Positions 9,520 through 18,037 of a DNA stretch of 64,000 nt are shown piece by piece. The position numbers were made by a program, and so were the translations under genes. Each line of letters starts with the position of its first letter. Position 1 is the first letter of the stretch. The notes beneath the pieces were generated by a model. That model was not told the DNA's origin. It ran no database searches and was given only the letters and a program-made list of their open reading frames with translations. The DNA lies in the IMG/VR virus record IMGVR_UViG_3300004463_001172, positions 45,137 through 109,136 of that record. The stretch is one strand, 5' to 3'. Source of the stretch: a virus.

Positions 9520-9960
9520 CTAGAGCGTCCAGCCGTGCTGATACATGGCGGCGAACGTCAACCCAGCGGGGAGACCCGTGGCGAGCCCTGCCGCACTCGT
9601 CATCACCCCCACGGTCCACCATGCATTAGCCGGCGCCGTCATGACGCCTGACAGCGTGTAGGCTTTGGCCTTAGTCGCCCCCGCAGGACAGGTCGCGGCC
9701 CCTTTGACGCTGCCATTGACCCAGACGCGCAGGCGCGGGGCATTGAGGGCGCCACCGGCTGTCGCGGCGTAATGCCGCAGCTGCAAGAGCCGCGATGGCT
9801 TCGCCACAAAGAATTTAAGAGCGCGCTCGGTCGCCGTTTGTGCGGCCAGCACCCCAGGTAAAGCGTTATAGACTTGAAACACATGCGAGGGGGCCCCGGT
9901 CGCCCCGGCGGCCATCCCAGGATACCCCGCTACGATTGGCCCAGAGAGATGTGTTGCCAT
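9520..9960 (-). CDS. Putative capsid decoration protein (paralog of 9975-10358)
   Basis: Ala/Gly/Thr-rich; shared RLRVWVN...KG, PAN, Y.HG motifs; strong RBS. Confidence 0.6.
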   Translation of the reverse strand: MATHLSGPIVAGYPGMAAGATGAPSHVFQVYNALPGVLAAQTATERALKFFVAKPSRLLQLRHYAATAGGALNAPRLRVWVNGSVKGAATCPAGATKAKAYTLSGVMTAPANAWWTVGVMTSAAGLATGLPAGLTFAAMYQHGWTL

Positions 9961-9974
9961 CGCGCCTCCTCCCC

Positions 9975-10358
9975 CTAAGCCTTAAAGCCATGATGATACC
10001 GATATTGAAAACGAATCCCCGCCCCTGCGGTGCCAGGGGCTGACGCCACCGACAGCCCTAGCACGGAGTTAGCCGGGCCAGTAATGGCAAAGCGATTACC
10101 GACGCTGACCGCCCCACCCGCCCCAGGGGTCATGGTAATTTGCCCGGTGCCTTTGCGCACATCGTTCACCCAGACGCGCAGGCGTGCGGTCTGACCGGCT
10201 GGATACGTGGTCGCGCCATAGACCGCCACGCCTACGAGCGTAAAGGGCTTAAACATCAAGATCCGGGTCGTCGGTTGCTGCACCGTACTGGCCGCCGCCA
10301 TCGTGGCTAGCGTGCCCCAGGTATCGGCGGTGCGAATCCCTGCAATGTCTTCAAACAT
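9975..10358 (-). CDS. Putative capsid decoration protein
   Basis: First minus-strand gene after MCP; RLRVWVNDVRKG; AAAAGGAG RBS. Confidence 0.6.
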   Translation of the reverse strand: MFEDIAGIRTADTWGTLATMAAASTVQQPTTRILMFKPFTLVGVAVYGATTYPAGQTARLRVWVNDVRKGTGQITMTPGAGGAVSVGNRFAITGPANSVLGLSVASAPGTAGAGIRFQYRYHHGFKA

Positions 10359-10423
10359 CGAGTCTCCTTTTCACGCCGGTTCTTTGTCCTGTCTGCCCGT
10401 AGCGTGAAGGATTGTGACTTGCC

Positions 10424-10452
10424 TTGACATTAGCAAATCTTTTAGGTATACT
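10424..10452 (+). promoter_or_regulatory. sigma70-type promoter for the inverted HNH module
   Basis: TTGACA-17-TATACT. Confidence 0.8.
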
Positions 10453-10492
10453 TATAACATCAACTACTAAACTCACCATTCTGAGAGGGGTC

Positions 10493-10750
10493 ATGATGGA
10501 AACGAACTTCGACGTCACACGTGATGCCCGCCTACATCAGGCGGCTGATGCCCTGCTCAGTGCCGCTATGGCGTACTGGCAGGAATACCGACGGGTCACC
10601 GGTGGTGCCGCCGTCATTTGGGTATCCGATACGGATGGACGCTTGGTCATTCTCACCCGCGGGGAATACCGTGAAACGCTCTTCCGCAACATCGACGCAC
10701 TCAAGCAGGACACCCAATTCCTCAAACCCTTTGAGGAGCCTACGTCATAA
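10493..10750 (+). CDS. Hypothetical protein
   Basis: GAGAGGGG RBS; coupled to the next gene (TAATG). Confidence 0.7.
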   Translation: MMETNFDVTRDARLHQAADALLSAAMAYWQEYRRVTGGAAVIWVSDTDGRLVILTRGEYRETLFRNIDALKQDTQFLKPFEEPTS

Positions 10751-11244
10751 TGGCAGCCAACTGGAGCGATGACACGAATCAGAAACGGAGTAAAGCCCTC
10801 AAAGGCCGTAAGCAGACGCCGAAGCATATTATGGCCCGTGTAGCAGCTCGGAAGGCCAAAGGTCCATGGTTTCCGAAGAAGATGAGTCCTCCATCGAGTG
10901 CCGATACCCCACCACGCACGGTGTGTGATATAGGATTTTATCGAGGACATCCCACGATCACGTTTAAAGAAGAGCAAGAATCTGAAGAGTACCCAGTGAA
11001 ATGGCGTTACGCTGATACGTTGGAGCAGACGCCCCAAGATGGCGAGGGGATCGAGCGGCCCTGTATTGCCTGTCATCGCCGGGCAGCAATTGATGGTCCT
11101 GATCCATGTCTGGGATGGATTCCAGAGGTGACCTTTGCCTGTTGTGGGCATGGGAATGTAAGCCAAGCGTATGTCGTGTTTGACGCCGGTCATTGCCTCA
11201 GAGGACCAGAGGCAGTCGCTTTCTTTGAAACGCTGCACGAATAA
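10750..11244 (+). CDS. NUMOD3-like N-terminus fused to a Cys-rich phage domain
   Basis: SKALKGRKQTPKH...; CIAC...DPCLG...ACCGHG. Confidence 0.65.
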   Translation: MAANWSDDTNQKRSKALKGRKQTPKHIMARVAARKAKGPWFPKKMSPPSSADTPPRTVCDIGFYRGHPTITFKEEQESEEYPVKWRYADTLEQTPQDGEGIERPCIACHRRAAIDGPDPCLGWIPEVTFACCGHGNVSQAYVVFDAGHCLRGPEAVAFFETLHE

Positions 11245-11253
11245 GGGAGCCCC

Positions 11254-12291
11254 ATGGCCAAACGAGTCTTTACCGACGAATGGCGTCGCAAGATTAGCGA
11301 GGCGGCGAAGGCCAGAGCGCAGACGCCCGAAGGGAAAGCCTTGCTGAGCCGGATGAGCAAGGGCAAGAGTCCCTTGGCTGAGACACGGCAGAAGATTAGT
11401 GACGCTGGGAAGGGTCGTGTGCAATCGGAGGAAACCAAGGCCAAGCGTGTGGCGTCGAGACAGGGGTATTCGCATTCGGAGGAGACCAAGCGTAAGATTA
11501 GTACGGCGAATAGTGGCAAAGTTCGAACCGACGAAACGCGGCAGAAGTTGAGTGCTGCGGGTAAGGGACGTCCGCATACGCTGGAGCATATTGCCGCTCA
11601 GGTCAACGCCAGAAAAACCAATGGTCCGTGGTTTAAAATCGATGACATCGGTGAGCGTATTAGTCATGGCAAGAAAGCTGCATTTGATGCTTTGAGCGAA
11701 CCAGCAAAAGAGATGATCCGCGCCCATGCGAGAACTATCGGTAAAGCTCGACAAGTCTGGTCTGATATCAACTGCGAGGTTTGTCATGCTGTTGTGCCTG
11801 GGCATTTGAAGCGCTTGCGCTTTTGCTCTGATGAGTGTAAAGCCCTCGGCTTGTCGGGTGCTGGTGCGCCGAATTGGCAAGGTGGGAAGACGGACGAAAG
11901 TACGAAACAACGCCATAGCTTTGAAGCAGGTATGTGGCGTTACCTCGTCTTGCACCGAGACGAGCTGCAATGTCAAATATGTGGGACTCGTGAAAATTTG
12001 CATGCACACCATATCAAATCGTGGAGTCAGTATCCCGATCTTCGCTTTGATCTAGAAAACGGGATAACCCTCTGCATCGACTGTCATGAAACCACGCATG
12101 GCCGAAGCCTCAATGGTAAAAATACAGGCACGTATCAAGTACAATGTCAGTGTGCCTGGTGTGATACGGTGTTCCCTCGTGAAAAGAACCGCGTCCGGGA
12201 CTTGAACTATTGTGACCGGGTCTGCTCTGCACAACATATGCGTGTGAAAGCCCTACTTAAGCATTATGGGAGGGCCAAGGCACTCGCTTGA
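11254..12291 (+). CDS. Free-standing HNH homing endonuclease with NUMOD3 repeats and zinc ribbons
   Basis: Repeated SEETK-KIS; NWQGG; RDELQCQICG...LHAHHIK...NGITLC..CH. Confidence 0.9.
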   Translation: MAKRVFTDEWRRKISEAAKARAQTPEGKALLSRMSKGKSPLAETRQKISDAGKGRVQSEETKAKRVASRQGYSHSEETKRKISTANSGKVRTDETRQKLSAAGKGRPHTLEHIAAQVNARKTNGPWFKIDDIGERISHGKKAAFDALSEPAKEMIRAHARTIGKARQVWSDINCEVCHAVVPGHLKRLRFCSDECKALGLSGAGAPNWQGGKTDESTKQRHSFEAGMWRYLVLHRDELQCQICGTRENLHAHHIKSWSQYPDLRFDLENGITLCIDCHETTHGRSLNGKNTGTYQVQCQCAWCDTVFPREKNRVRDLNYCDRVCSAQHMRVKALLKHYGRAKALA

Positions 12292-12309
12292 CCCACCCAT
12301 ATTATTAGA

Positions 12310-14178
12310 CTATATAGTGAGAGAAGAAGCAGAAGTTGATGCAACAAATCCACGATAGTCTAATATTGATAAACCCCATATGTGCCGTATTTTATACGTT
12401 ATTTTATCTGCGTCCATCATTGCAGATCCACTGACGTTCTCTTGATCGCTCACAAAGATTTCCGGGTCTTCGTTACCTCTGAAGAATCCGACTTCAAACG
12501 TGGGCACGTCCCGAGGGTCAGCAATGAGGTACCATCGGTTTCCGTTCGTCCAATAGGGGATTTGGACCGGTACCATGCCGAACCGTTGAAACAGGTTGGC
12601 ATCGTTATCTGTGGTAAATGGCTCTCCCCGTGTGGTTTCAGTAAGCTTCCCTGCCGCTCTCCAGAGCTGCCGAGGATGAATCAGGAAGCGTGGGGTTAAG
12701 CCTAAGAGTTCCACGCTATTGCCATAGGCGGTTTGTCCACCCAAGAGCTGAATCGCGGCGTCGAGACCATCCGCATTCAGCGGGTTATTGACCGCCAAGT
12801 TCGCATGTCCTGTGGTAAATACAGAGGTCGTATCTCCGTCAAACGCCAGGGCAATATTCTGATCCAACATATCGAAGAACCCACGGAATAAGGTTTGTGC
12901 TGCCGCACGGCCTAGACGCTGAGGAATCCGACGAATGACTTGGATGTCGTCGTTCGCCATGGCTTCCATGGTGATGGTCTCTAGCCCACCACGTTTGACC
13001 AGCCGATAGGTGGACTCCTCATCATCAGGCGTCGGCAGTGGTGTGTAGCTGATCCCTTCAGGCACGACGGGTAGTACCCCATAGCCCCCGAAGCGGAGCC
13101 GGCGTTGCAGCCGGAAATCATTGATGGTACTAATTTCCGAGGTGAGCTGGCGCCATAGCTGCAATTCAGGAATGCGATACTCGGCGAGGACACGCCTGGT
13201 AATACTGTCCCCCATCATCTGCGCCCAGGTCGTGGTCGAGATCGCTTCTGTTAAGCGGCCATCCGCCTGTGCTCCATAGCGGCCATGAGAATCGTACTTG
13301 CCGCCTTCAATGGGCACCTGCATTTCGCGCATGACTCGTAGCGGATCCCACCGCTTGCCCATCATGCGCTCATAGGCTTCTTGGAGCGACCGGAAGCGCT
13401 TGACCGCACTTCCATCCTTACCCTTTTGATCTTCACCTGCCCAGAAGCCGTCAAAGGCAGTACAGAGCTTATCGAACTCGCTCTCGATGATCTTTGCCCG
13501 CAGCCGCTCTTGCCCGGGGAGGTAGACTTCCCCATCGCCATTGGTGCCGAGGGGGCCAATCACGTCCCAGTAATCGTTGATCGCTTCTTCCAAGGCGGCT
13601 TCGCTAAAGACCTGCCCCTTGAATTGTTTCTCTAGCTTTTGCTGCGCCTTGGGAGGCAAGCCCGAGTCCATCAGCTTTTCCTTCAGCATGACGGTACACT
13701 CCGCGAGCTTGACCCGATGCTCCCAGCGCTCTTCAATCGCTTCAATGGCGGTTTGGCGGGTTTTATTGGTTTGGGAAAGCTGTAAGTCTGCCACGGCTTC
13801 CGCCTCATCTTGTGTGGCACAATTGGCAATCAAGTTGCCTTCCTGCAAGACAATCCAGCGATCCTGGCGGGGTTTCACTTCGATACCGGCTTGCAAGCGG
13901 CTGAGATTCGGCGCGACGTCGTCTTCGCTGCGCTTGGCGGGTAGGGTTTCAGGCTTGGCCGATTCCTTGAGAGACTTCTCGGCTTCGGCAATGGCATCTT
14001 CGAGTTTGTCGAGATCAAAGGCTACGTCTTTGAAGGCCTTTTTGAGGGCTCGTTGGGTATCGAGCGGCAGGCTACTTTCGCGGAGCCGTTCGCTCATCAG
14101 CATCTGAGCGCGGAGCGCGTCTTGCTCGGTTTTCATCTGCTGCAACAGCTCTAAGACATTGGTATCCGTTCCTGGCAT
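12310..14178 (-). CDS. Major capsid protein (Mu gpT-like HK97 fold) with N-terminal scaffold region
   Basis: Coiled N-terminal ~250 aa, then NDF...LP.VPEG..Y, IT.E...NDD, P..L, WYL.ADP, GF..G.E.P, DYRG. Confidence 0.9.
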   Translation of the reverse strand: MPGTDTNVLELLQQMKTEQDALRAQMLMSERLRESSLPLDTQRALKKAFKDVAFDLDKLEDAIAEAEKSLKESAKPETLPAKRSEDDVAPNLSRLQAGIEVKPRQDRWIVLQEGNLIANCATQDEAEAVADLQLSQTNKTRQTAIEAIEERWEHRVKLAECTVMLKEKLMDSGLPPKAQQKLEKQFKGQVFSEAALEEAINDYWDVIGPLGTNGDGEVYLPGQERLRAKIIESEFDKLCTAFDGFWAGEDQKGKDGSAVKRFRSLQEAYERMMGKRWDPLRVMREMQVPIEGGKYDSHGRYGAQADGRLTEAISTTTWAQMMGDSITRRVLAEYRIPELQLWRQLTSEISTINDFRLQRRLRFGGYGVLPVVPEGISYTPLPTPDDEESTYRLVKRGGLETITMEAMANDDIQVIRRIPQRLGRAAAQTLFRGFFDMLDQNIALAFDGDTTSVFTTGHANLAVNNPLNADGLDAAIQLLGGQTAYGNSVELLGLTPRFLIHPRQLWRAAGKLTETTRGEPFTTDNDANLFQRFGMVPVQIPYWTNGNRWYLIADPRDVPTFEVGFFRGNEDPEIFVSDQENVSGSAMMDADKITYKIRHIWGLSILDYRGFVASTSASSLTI

Positions 14179-14187
14179 GTACGGCGA

Positions 14188-14280
14188 TCCTCATGCATCG
14201 AGGACTGGTCAGCGACTGACAATGTGGCGCTCCGCTGACGAGCGCAGGGTAAAGAAAGGGGAGGGGCCTCTCCCTCTTCC
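14188..14280 (-). promoter_or_regulatory. Structured MCP leader, four consecutive hairpins, last one covers the RBS
   Basis: TCCTC/GAGGA, GTCAG/CTGAC, GCGCTC/GAGCGC and a GGGAG/CTCCC stem. Confidence 0.55.
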
Positions 14281-14407
14281 CTAGTCACTACTTATGGATG
14301 TCTTCTCTTCCATTCTATGCCGTCCATGCTATAATCTTAGATAGCCAATGAGATGAGCTGCGGCATGATGGCACAAACTGAGACATCTCATGATGAGACC
14401 TTACAAG

Positions 14408-15910
14408 CTAAGACCTGTTACCTTCTGGGATCACCGCGAGAATCCTGCTGGAGACGGCTCGTTTCTCCGCTGTGGTACCTGGAAGGTCATCGAGTGCTTC
14501 CTTGATCGTCATCTCAACTGTCATCCGCCGTAAATCTCTTCGTAGCCCTTCAATGAGTGCCATCTGTGTTTGCTCAGCTTCCCGCTCACGTTCAGCCTGG
14601 GCAATCGCTACACTTGCGACGATTCGTAGGAACTGTCCACCAGCTGCGGCGTGGGTTACGAGATCGACACTATTGACCTGACGAATGGCATCGACATGCA
14701 AGACTTGCTTTCCACCCGATTCTGTATGATGGGCGTCCCCAGATGAATCAATACTCAGCCCGTAAGGGAAGACGTACCCTTTCTCCGCTAGGTAGCGTAA
14801 ATTGTTGCGAAGCCAATCGGCGGAAGGTAAGAGCCGTAATGTCCCCACGAGTCGAGAGCCCTCAATCATTGGTTGGGTGAGCACACCAATCAGGTCACGG
14901 CTATAACCTTTTGGATTGACACGATACTCTTCATCACTCAGATGATCAAAGACCGGCTTTCCCTTTAAAGTCCGGTCATACGCATAACAGCGTGCTCCTT
15001 CAAACAATGGCGCCGCTTTCCGCAGCACATCGAGTGAATACAGCCGATCATTCTTCGATATGCCTGCTTCGATAATCGCCACTTTCCACTCGCGGCCATC
15101 TGCACCAGACTCTTGCAGAATCGTCATCGTTTCATGGAGCGCTAACGGTTCGCCGTCGATATAGGATTCTGTAATACTGACCGTCTCGGCTGGCTCTCCA
15201 TGATACCCTTGCAACATTTGCTGTTGCGGGTCATTTGCTTGGGCTTCTTCAGCTTGTTTCTGCTGTTCGGCCTGAATCTCTTTGGGTGACTGCCCGCGTA
15301 ACCGCTTCAGAATATCTAAGACCGTATCAAACTCTTGATAATCCGAATCTTTATGGCGTTGTCCGGCCTCTTGAAGCGCATCCTCGACCTTTATGGCTTC
15401 GATCGCTTCTTGTATCGTATCGTACCGTACCGATTCCTCCATCTCCTGTGCCGCACCAATCTTTGGCACCAAGCGATTAATCAGGCTCGTCAAGGCATCA
15501 CGCTCGCCCGAGGTCATTTCTAATTCCCGGCGTCCCAGGAGGTTCAGTGCTGAGTAAATGGCTTCCTTGTAGCACTCTTCATGGTGCTGCCTGACAGGTT
15601 CAGGCATGTCATACTGTTCGGTGAGCGGAACAGGATCTACCGCTGTCAGTGCCGCGACTGTTGCATCCACCCATGCTTGCGCCGCCGCATCTAAGATCAC
15701 ATCTGGCTCGGACTCTTTGATCCGGTGCCACTTTCCCTCTTTGTCTTGTTCGTAGAGCTTCTTCACGGCGGCGAATGCCACCGCAAATTGTCGAGACTCA
15801 TCATCATACGACTTCGCCGCACTGTTAAAGGCCGCCATAAAAATACGCTTAGCATGCGCTGGCATATCCTTTGTGCTGGCAGGAAGCTCTTTGACGCTTT
15901 TATAAGGCAT
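14408..15910 (-). CDS. ChaB domain fused to prohead (capsid maturation) protease
   Basis: N-term MPYKSVKELP...HAKRIFMAAFN...AFAAVKK.Y.....W (ChaB); C-term GISKNDRLY, H, GLSID, SVDLVT.AAAGG. Confidence 0.85.
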   Translation of the reverse strand: MPYKSVKELPASTKDMPAHAKRIFMAAFNSAAKSYDDESRQFAVAFAAVKKLYEQDKEGKWHRIKESEPDVILDAAAQAWVDATVAALTAVDPVPLTEQYDMPEPVRQHHEECYKEAIYSALNLLGRRELEMTSGERDALTSLINRLVPKIGAAQEMEESVRYDTIQEAIEAIKVEDALQEAGQRHKDSDYQEFDTVLDILKRLRGQSPKEIQAEQQKQAEEAQANDPQQQMLQGYHGEPAETVSITESYIDGEPLALHETMTILQESGADGREWKVAIIEAGISKNDRLYSLDVLRKAAPLFEGARCYAYDRTLKGKPVFDHLSDEEYRVNPKGYSRDLIGVLTQPMIEGSRLVGTLRLLPSADWLRNNLRYLAEKGYVFPYGLSIDSSGDAHHTESGGKQVLHVDAIRQVNSVDLVTHAAAGGQFLRIVASVAIAQAEREREAEQTQMALIEGLRRDLRRMTVEMTIKEALDDLPGTTAEKRAVSSRILAVIPEGNRS

Positions 15911-15913
15911 ACG

Positions 15914-16042
15914 CTATGCCTCCACTTCTTCTTTCTCATCGTCGTCGGGCTTCTCGGCGGGTGTTTGCTCGGTATGCTCGACGTGATGCTCTTCATGATG
16001 CGTTTCGTGGGTTTCTTCCTGGGGATATTCGTGCTCAGGCAT
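15914..16042 (-). CDS. 42-aa His/Glu-rich peptide MPEHEYPQEETHETHHEEHHVEHTEQTPAEKPDDDEKEEVEA
   Basis: AAGGAGG RBS; stop 3 nt before the protease ATG; below the ORF-track cutoff. Confidence 0.75.
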   Translation of the reverse strand: MPEHEYPQEETHETHHEEHHVEHTEQTPAEKPDDDEKEEVEA

Positions 16043-16067
16043 GAGCGGCCTCCTTACAGGCTAGACA

Positions 16068-16114
16068 TAAAAAAAGGGGCGATGCGTCCTGATAACTCAG
16101 GAAAACATCGCCCC
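16068..16114 (-). terminator. Intrinsic terminator upstream of the capsid genes
   Basis: GGGGCGATG...TCCTGA/TCAGGA...CATCGCCCC followed by a T-run on the minus strand. Confidence 0.8.
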
Positions 16115-16139
16115 TCGGTTCTTCCGTTAGGCGTGAAAG

Positions 16140-16319
16140 CTAATCGAATTTAATCGTTTGGGTCACTTCCTCGACAAATGCCGGCAGTCCATCCCGAACC
16201 ACCAGCCGCTGAATCGTGCCGAACCGGAGCTGCCGCACTAGTGCTAAGAGCTTCTGCTCCGCGGGATGCAGCCCCAAGACTTGCAATTCTAGCGGAATCT
16301 CGATTGGACACGGCTTCAG
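16140..16319 (-). CDS. DUF2292/YezD-like small protein (non-ATG start, CTG or downstream TTG)
   Basis: ...EQKLLALVRQLRFGTIQRLVVRDGLPAFVEEVTQTIKFD; AAGGGGA RBS 6 nt before CTG; TTGACA upstream. Confidence 0.65.
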   Translation of the reverse strand: MKPCPIEIPLELQVLGLHPAEQKLLALVRQLRFGTIQRLVVRDGLPAFVEEVTQTIKFD

Positions 16320-16384
16320 TGGATATCCCCTTTAGTAAAGAGGTATAACCGTTAATTTGTCAAGGAGTATTTTCAACAATACTC

Positions 16385-17308
16385 TTATGCTGCCTGAGAA
16401 TGATCGATCTCGTCCTCTAAGGGAATCGGCAACCCTGATACGACAGGGAACCGTTCTGCGTTCGAAGCCGGCCAGCGTATCTGCCTCACATTTTCACCAC
16501 AGAAATACGCATTCCACCCTTTGATCACCAACGCCCAGAGATATTTGGGCGGTAATTTTGCTGTAGCATTTGCATTATCTTGCAACCGTTCCCGCAGCGC
16601 ATAAATGGCATTACCTTTTTGGAGATTTTCACCTGAGATCAGAAACTCGAAAAACTCATCTGCAAGTTCGGCATCGGCACGCTTAAACAAGTAATACAGA
16701 AAGGCTGCATGCGACGGTTGCAGAAGATGTTTTTTGGAGACAGCATACCCAATTCGAATACTCTCGTGGATGCTAGGATTCCCCCGTAAGCACTCAAATA
16801 ACTGCGGGATACTCCCTCGCTGAAAGATATCTGGCCATGTGCCTTGCTTAAATGCCCATAAGAGCTTTGTCGCCGCTCCAGTTGGGCTTGCGTTATTATA
16901 TCCCTGGATTGCAATTGCGTCGGCGAATGTCCGACTCTTCCCTGAATCAGCAATCAACCGAGCTTCAGATGGATAGCCACGCCCGACGAGCATTTCTACT
17001 TCAATACCAGGCTGCAACTTATCCGCTTCAGAGACAGCATTAAGGCGATGGAATCCATCAATCAACTCTTCCTTCCCAGCGTCATCGAATGAGAACTTAA
17101 TGATCGATTCATAGGGTACCCACGGCCCCTCCACCATCATTTCCGCTAGGCGTCTAACCCGTGCTTTCTCTAAATATCGATTCTTTCCTCCAGAGGTTAG
17201 ATACTTTTGTGCAGTGGCTGCATTGATACGCTCTAGCTGTAGGTTTTGCAGGTTTTGTAACGCTTCTTGCGCATCGATTACTTTAGGCATATCTTTACCC
17301 TCACGCAA
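16385..17308 (-). CDS. ParB/Srx-fold (DGQHR-like) protein
   Basis: NR, LIDGFHRLNAV, D.G..RT..D; lower GC than flanks. Confidence 0.75.
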   Translation of the reverse strand: MREGKDMPKVIDAQEALQNLQNLQLERINAATAQKYLTSGGKNRYLEKARVRRLAEMMVEGPWVPYESIIKFSFDDAGKEELIDGFHRLNAVSEADKLQPGIEVEMLVGRGYPSEARLIADSGKSRTFADAIAIQGYNNASPTGAATKLLWAFKQGTWPDIFQRGSIPQLFECLRGNPSIHESIRIGYAVSKKHLLQPSHAAFLYYLFKRADAELADEFFEFLISGENLQKGNAIYALRERLQDNANATAKLPPKYLWALVIKGWNAYFCGENVRQIRWPASNAERFPVVSGLPIPLEDEIDHSQAA

Positions 17309-17338
17309 CGAGTTTAACCCTTGAGCCCACTGAATGTG

Positions 17339-17965
17339 CTAGCATTCAATGGGCTCTCTTATTTTAGGGACTTCCTCTTCTAGGCTCATTAAGAACCCAA
17401 GGGTTGTTTCAAGTCTTGTATGCCCCATTTCCCTCTGTAATAGACGGAGTACTCTCAGCATAAATTTGAGGTCCATGCCCTCCTTTCTCGCCAGCCGAAT
17501 GGCTCGCGTTTTCAGTAGAGACATTGGCACCACGCGCCCAGATAACCCAGAAGCCTTCGCTGCACTTGATACAATCTGCCATATCTGAGTTCGGCTTATA
17601 GGTGCCGAAAACCGGCCTTTACGGCTACCCGCCATAAACGTCTTTGGGCCAAACCCTGCACCAACCCGTTTCCGTAACTCCGTAATCCATGTATGTGTTA
17701 CAAGTATTCCATCCGGTGATAGTGTGACAAAAGGCTGCATGAGCCCATCAGTATTTATGACGTCTCCAACCTGAATTTTGGCTACCTCGCTATTCCGATA
17801 TCCCAATTCCAGCATCACATGAATAATCCATTGATCTCGCCGCCAATATTCAGAAGACTTTACGCTTGAGAGAACTGACTTAACCTCTAGACGTGTAAGG
17901 CTTTTAGCTGGACCAGGAAGGTTCTTCATGACATTTAGTTTCCTCCTATGTGTGATATAGGGCAA
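17339..17965 (-). CDS. Tyrosine recombinase-fold protein with degenerate active site
   Basis: RD...LGYRNSE...DV and LQREMGH...TT present; HxxR reads MSLL and the catalytic Tyr reads Phe. Confidence 0.75.
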   Translation of the reverse strand: MPYITHRRKLNVMKNLPGPAKSLTRLEVKSVLSSVKSSEYWRRDQWIIHVMLELGYRNSEVAKIQVGDVINTDGLMQPFVTLSPDGILVTHTWITELRKRVGAGFGPKTFMAGSRKGRFSAPISRTQIWQIVSSAAKASGLSGRVVPMSLLKTRAIRLARKEGMDLKFMLRVLRLLQREMGHTRLETTLGFLMSLEEEVPKIREPIEC

Positions 17966-18037
17966 CTAGTTATATTCACAGCAAACCAGTAGAATAACCG
18001 TAATCTCATGCGCGTTGTACCGCACACTCACTGGCCT

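Noticed and set aside
10537-12012. 491-aa minus-strand ORF
   Set aside because: Antisense shadow of the three plus-strand genes, which have motifs, RBSs and a promoter
17339-17965. Calling this the prophage integrase
   Set aside because: Catalytic residues missing and located mid head operon; a true integrase, if any, is outside the window
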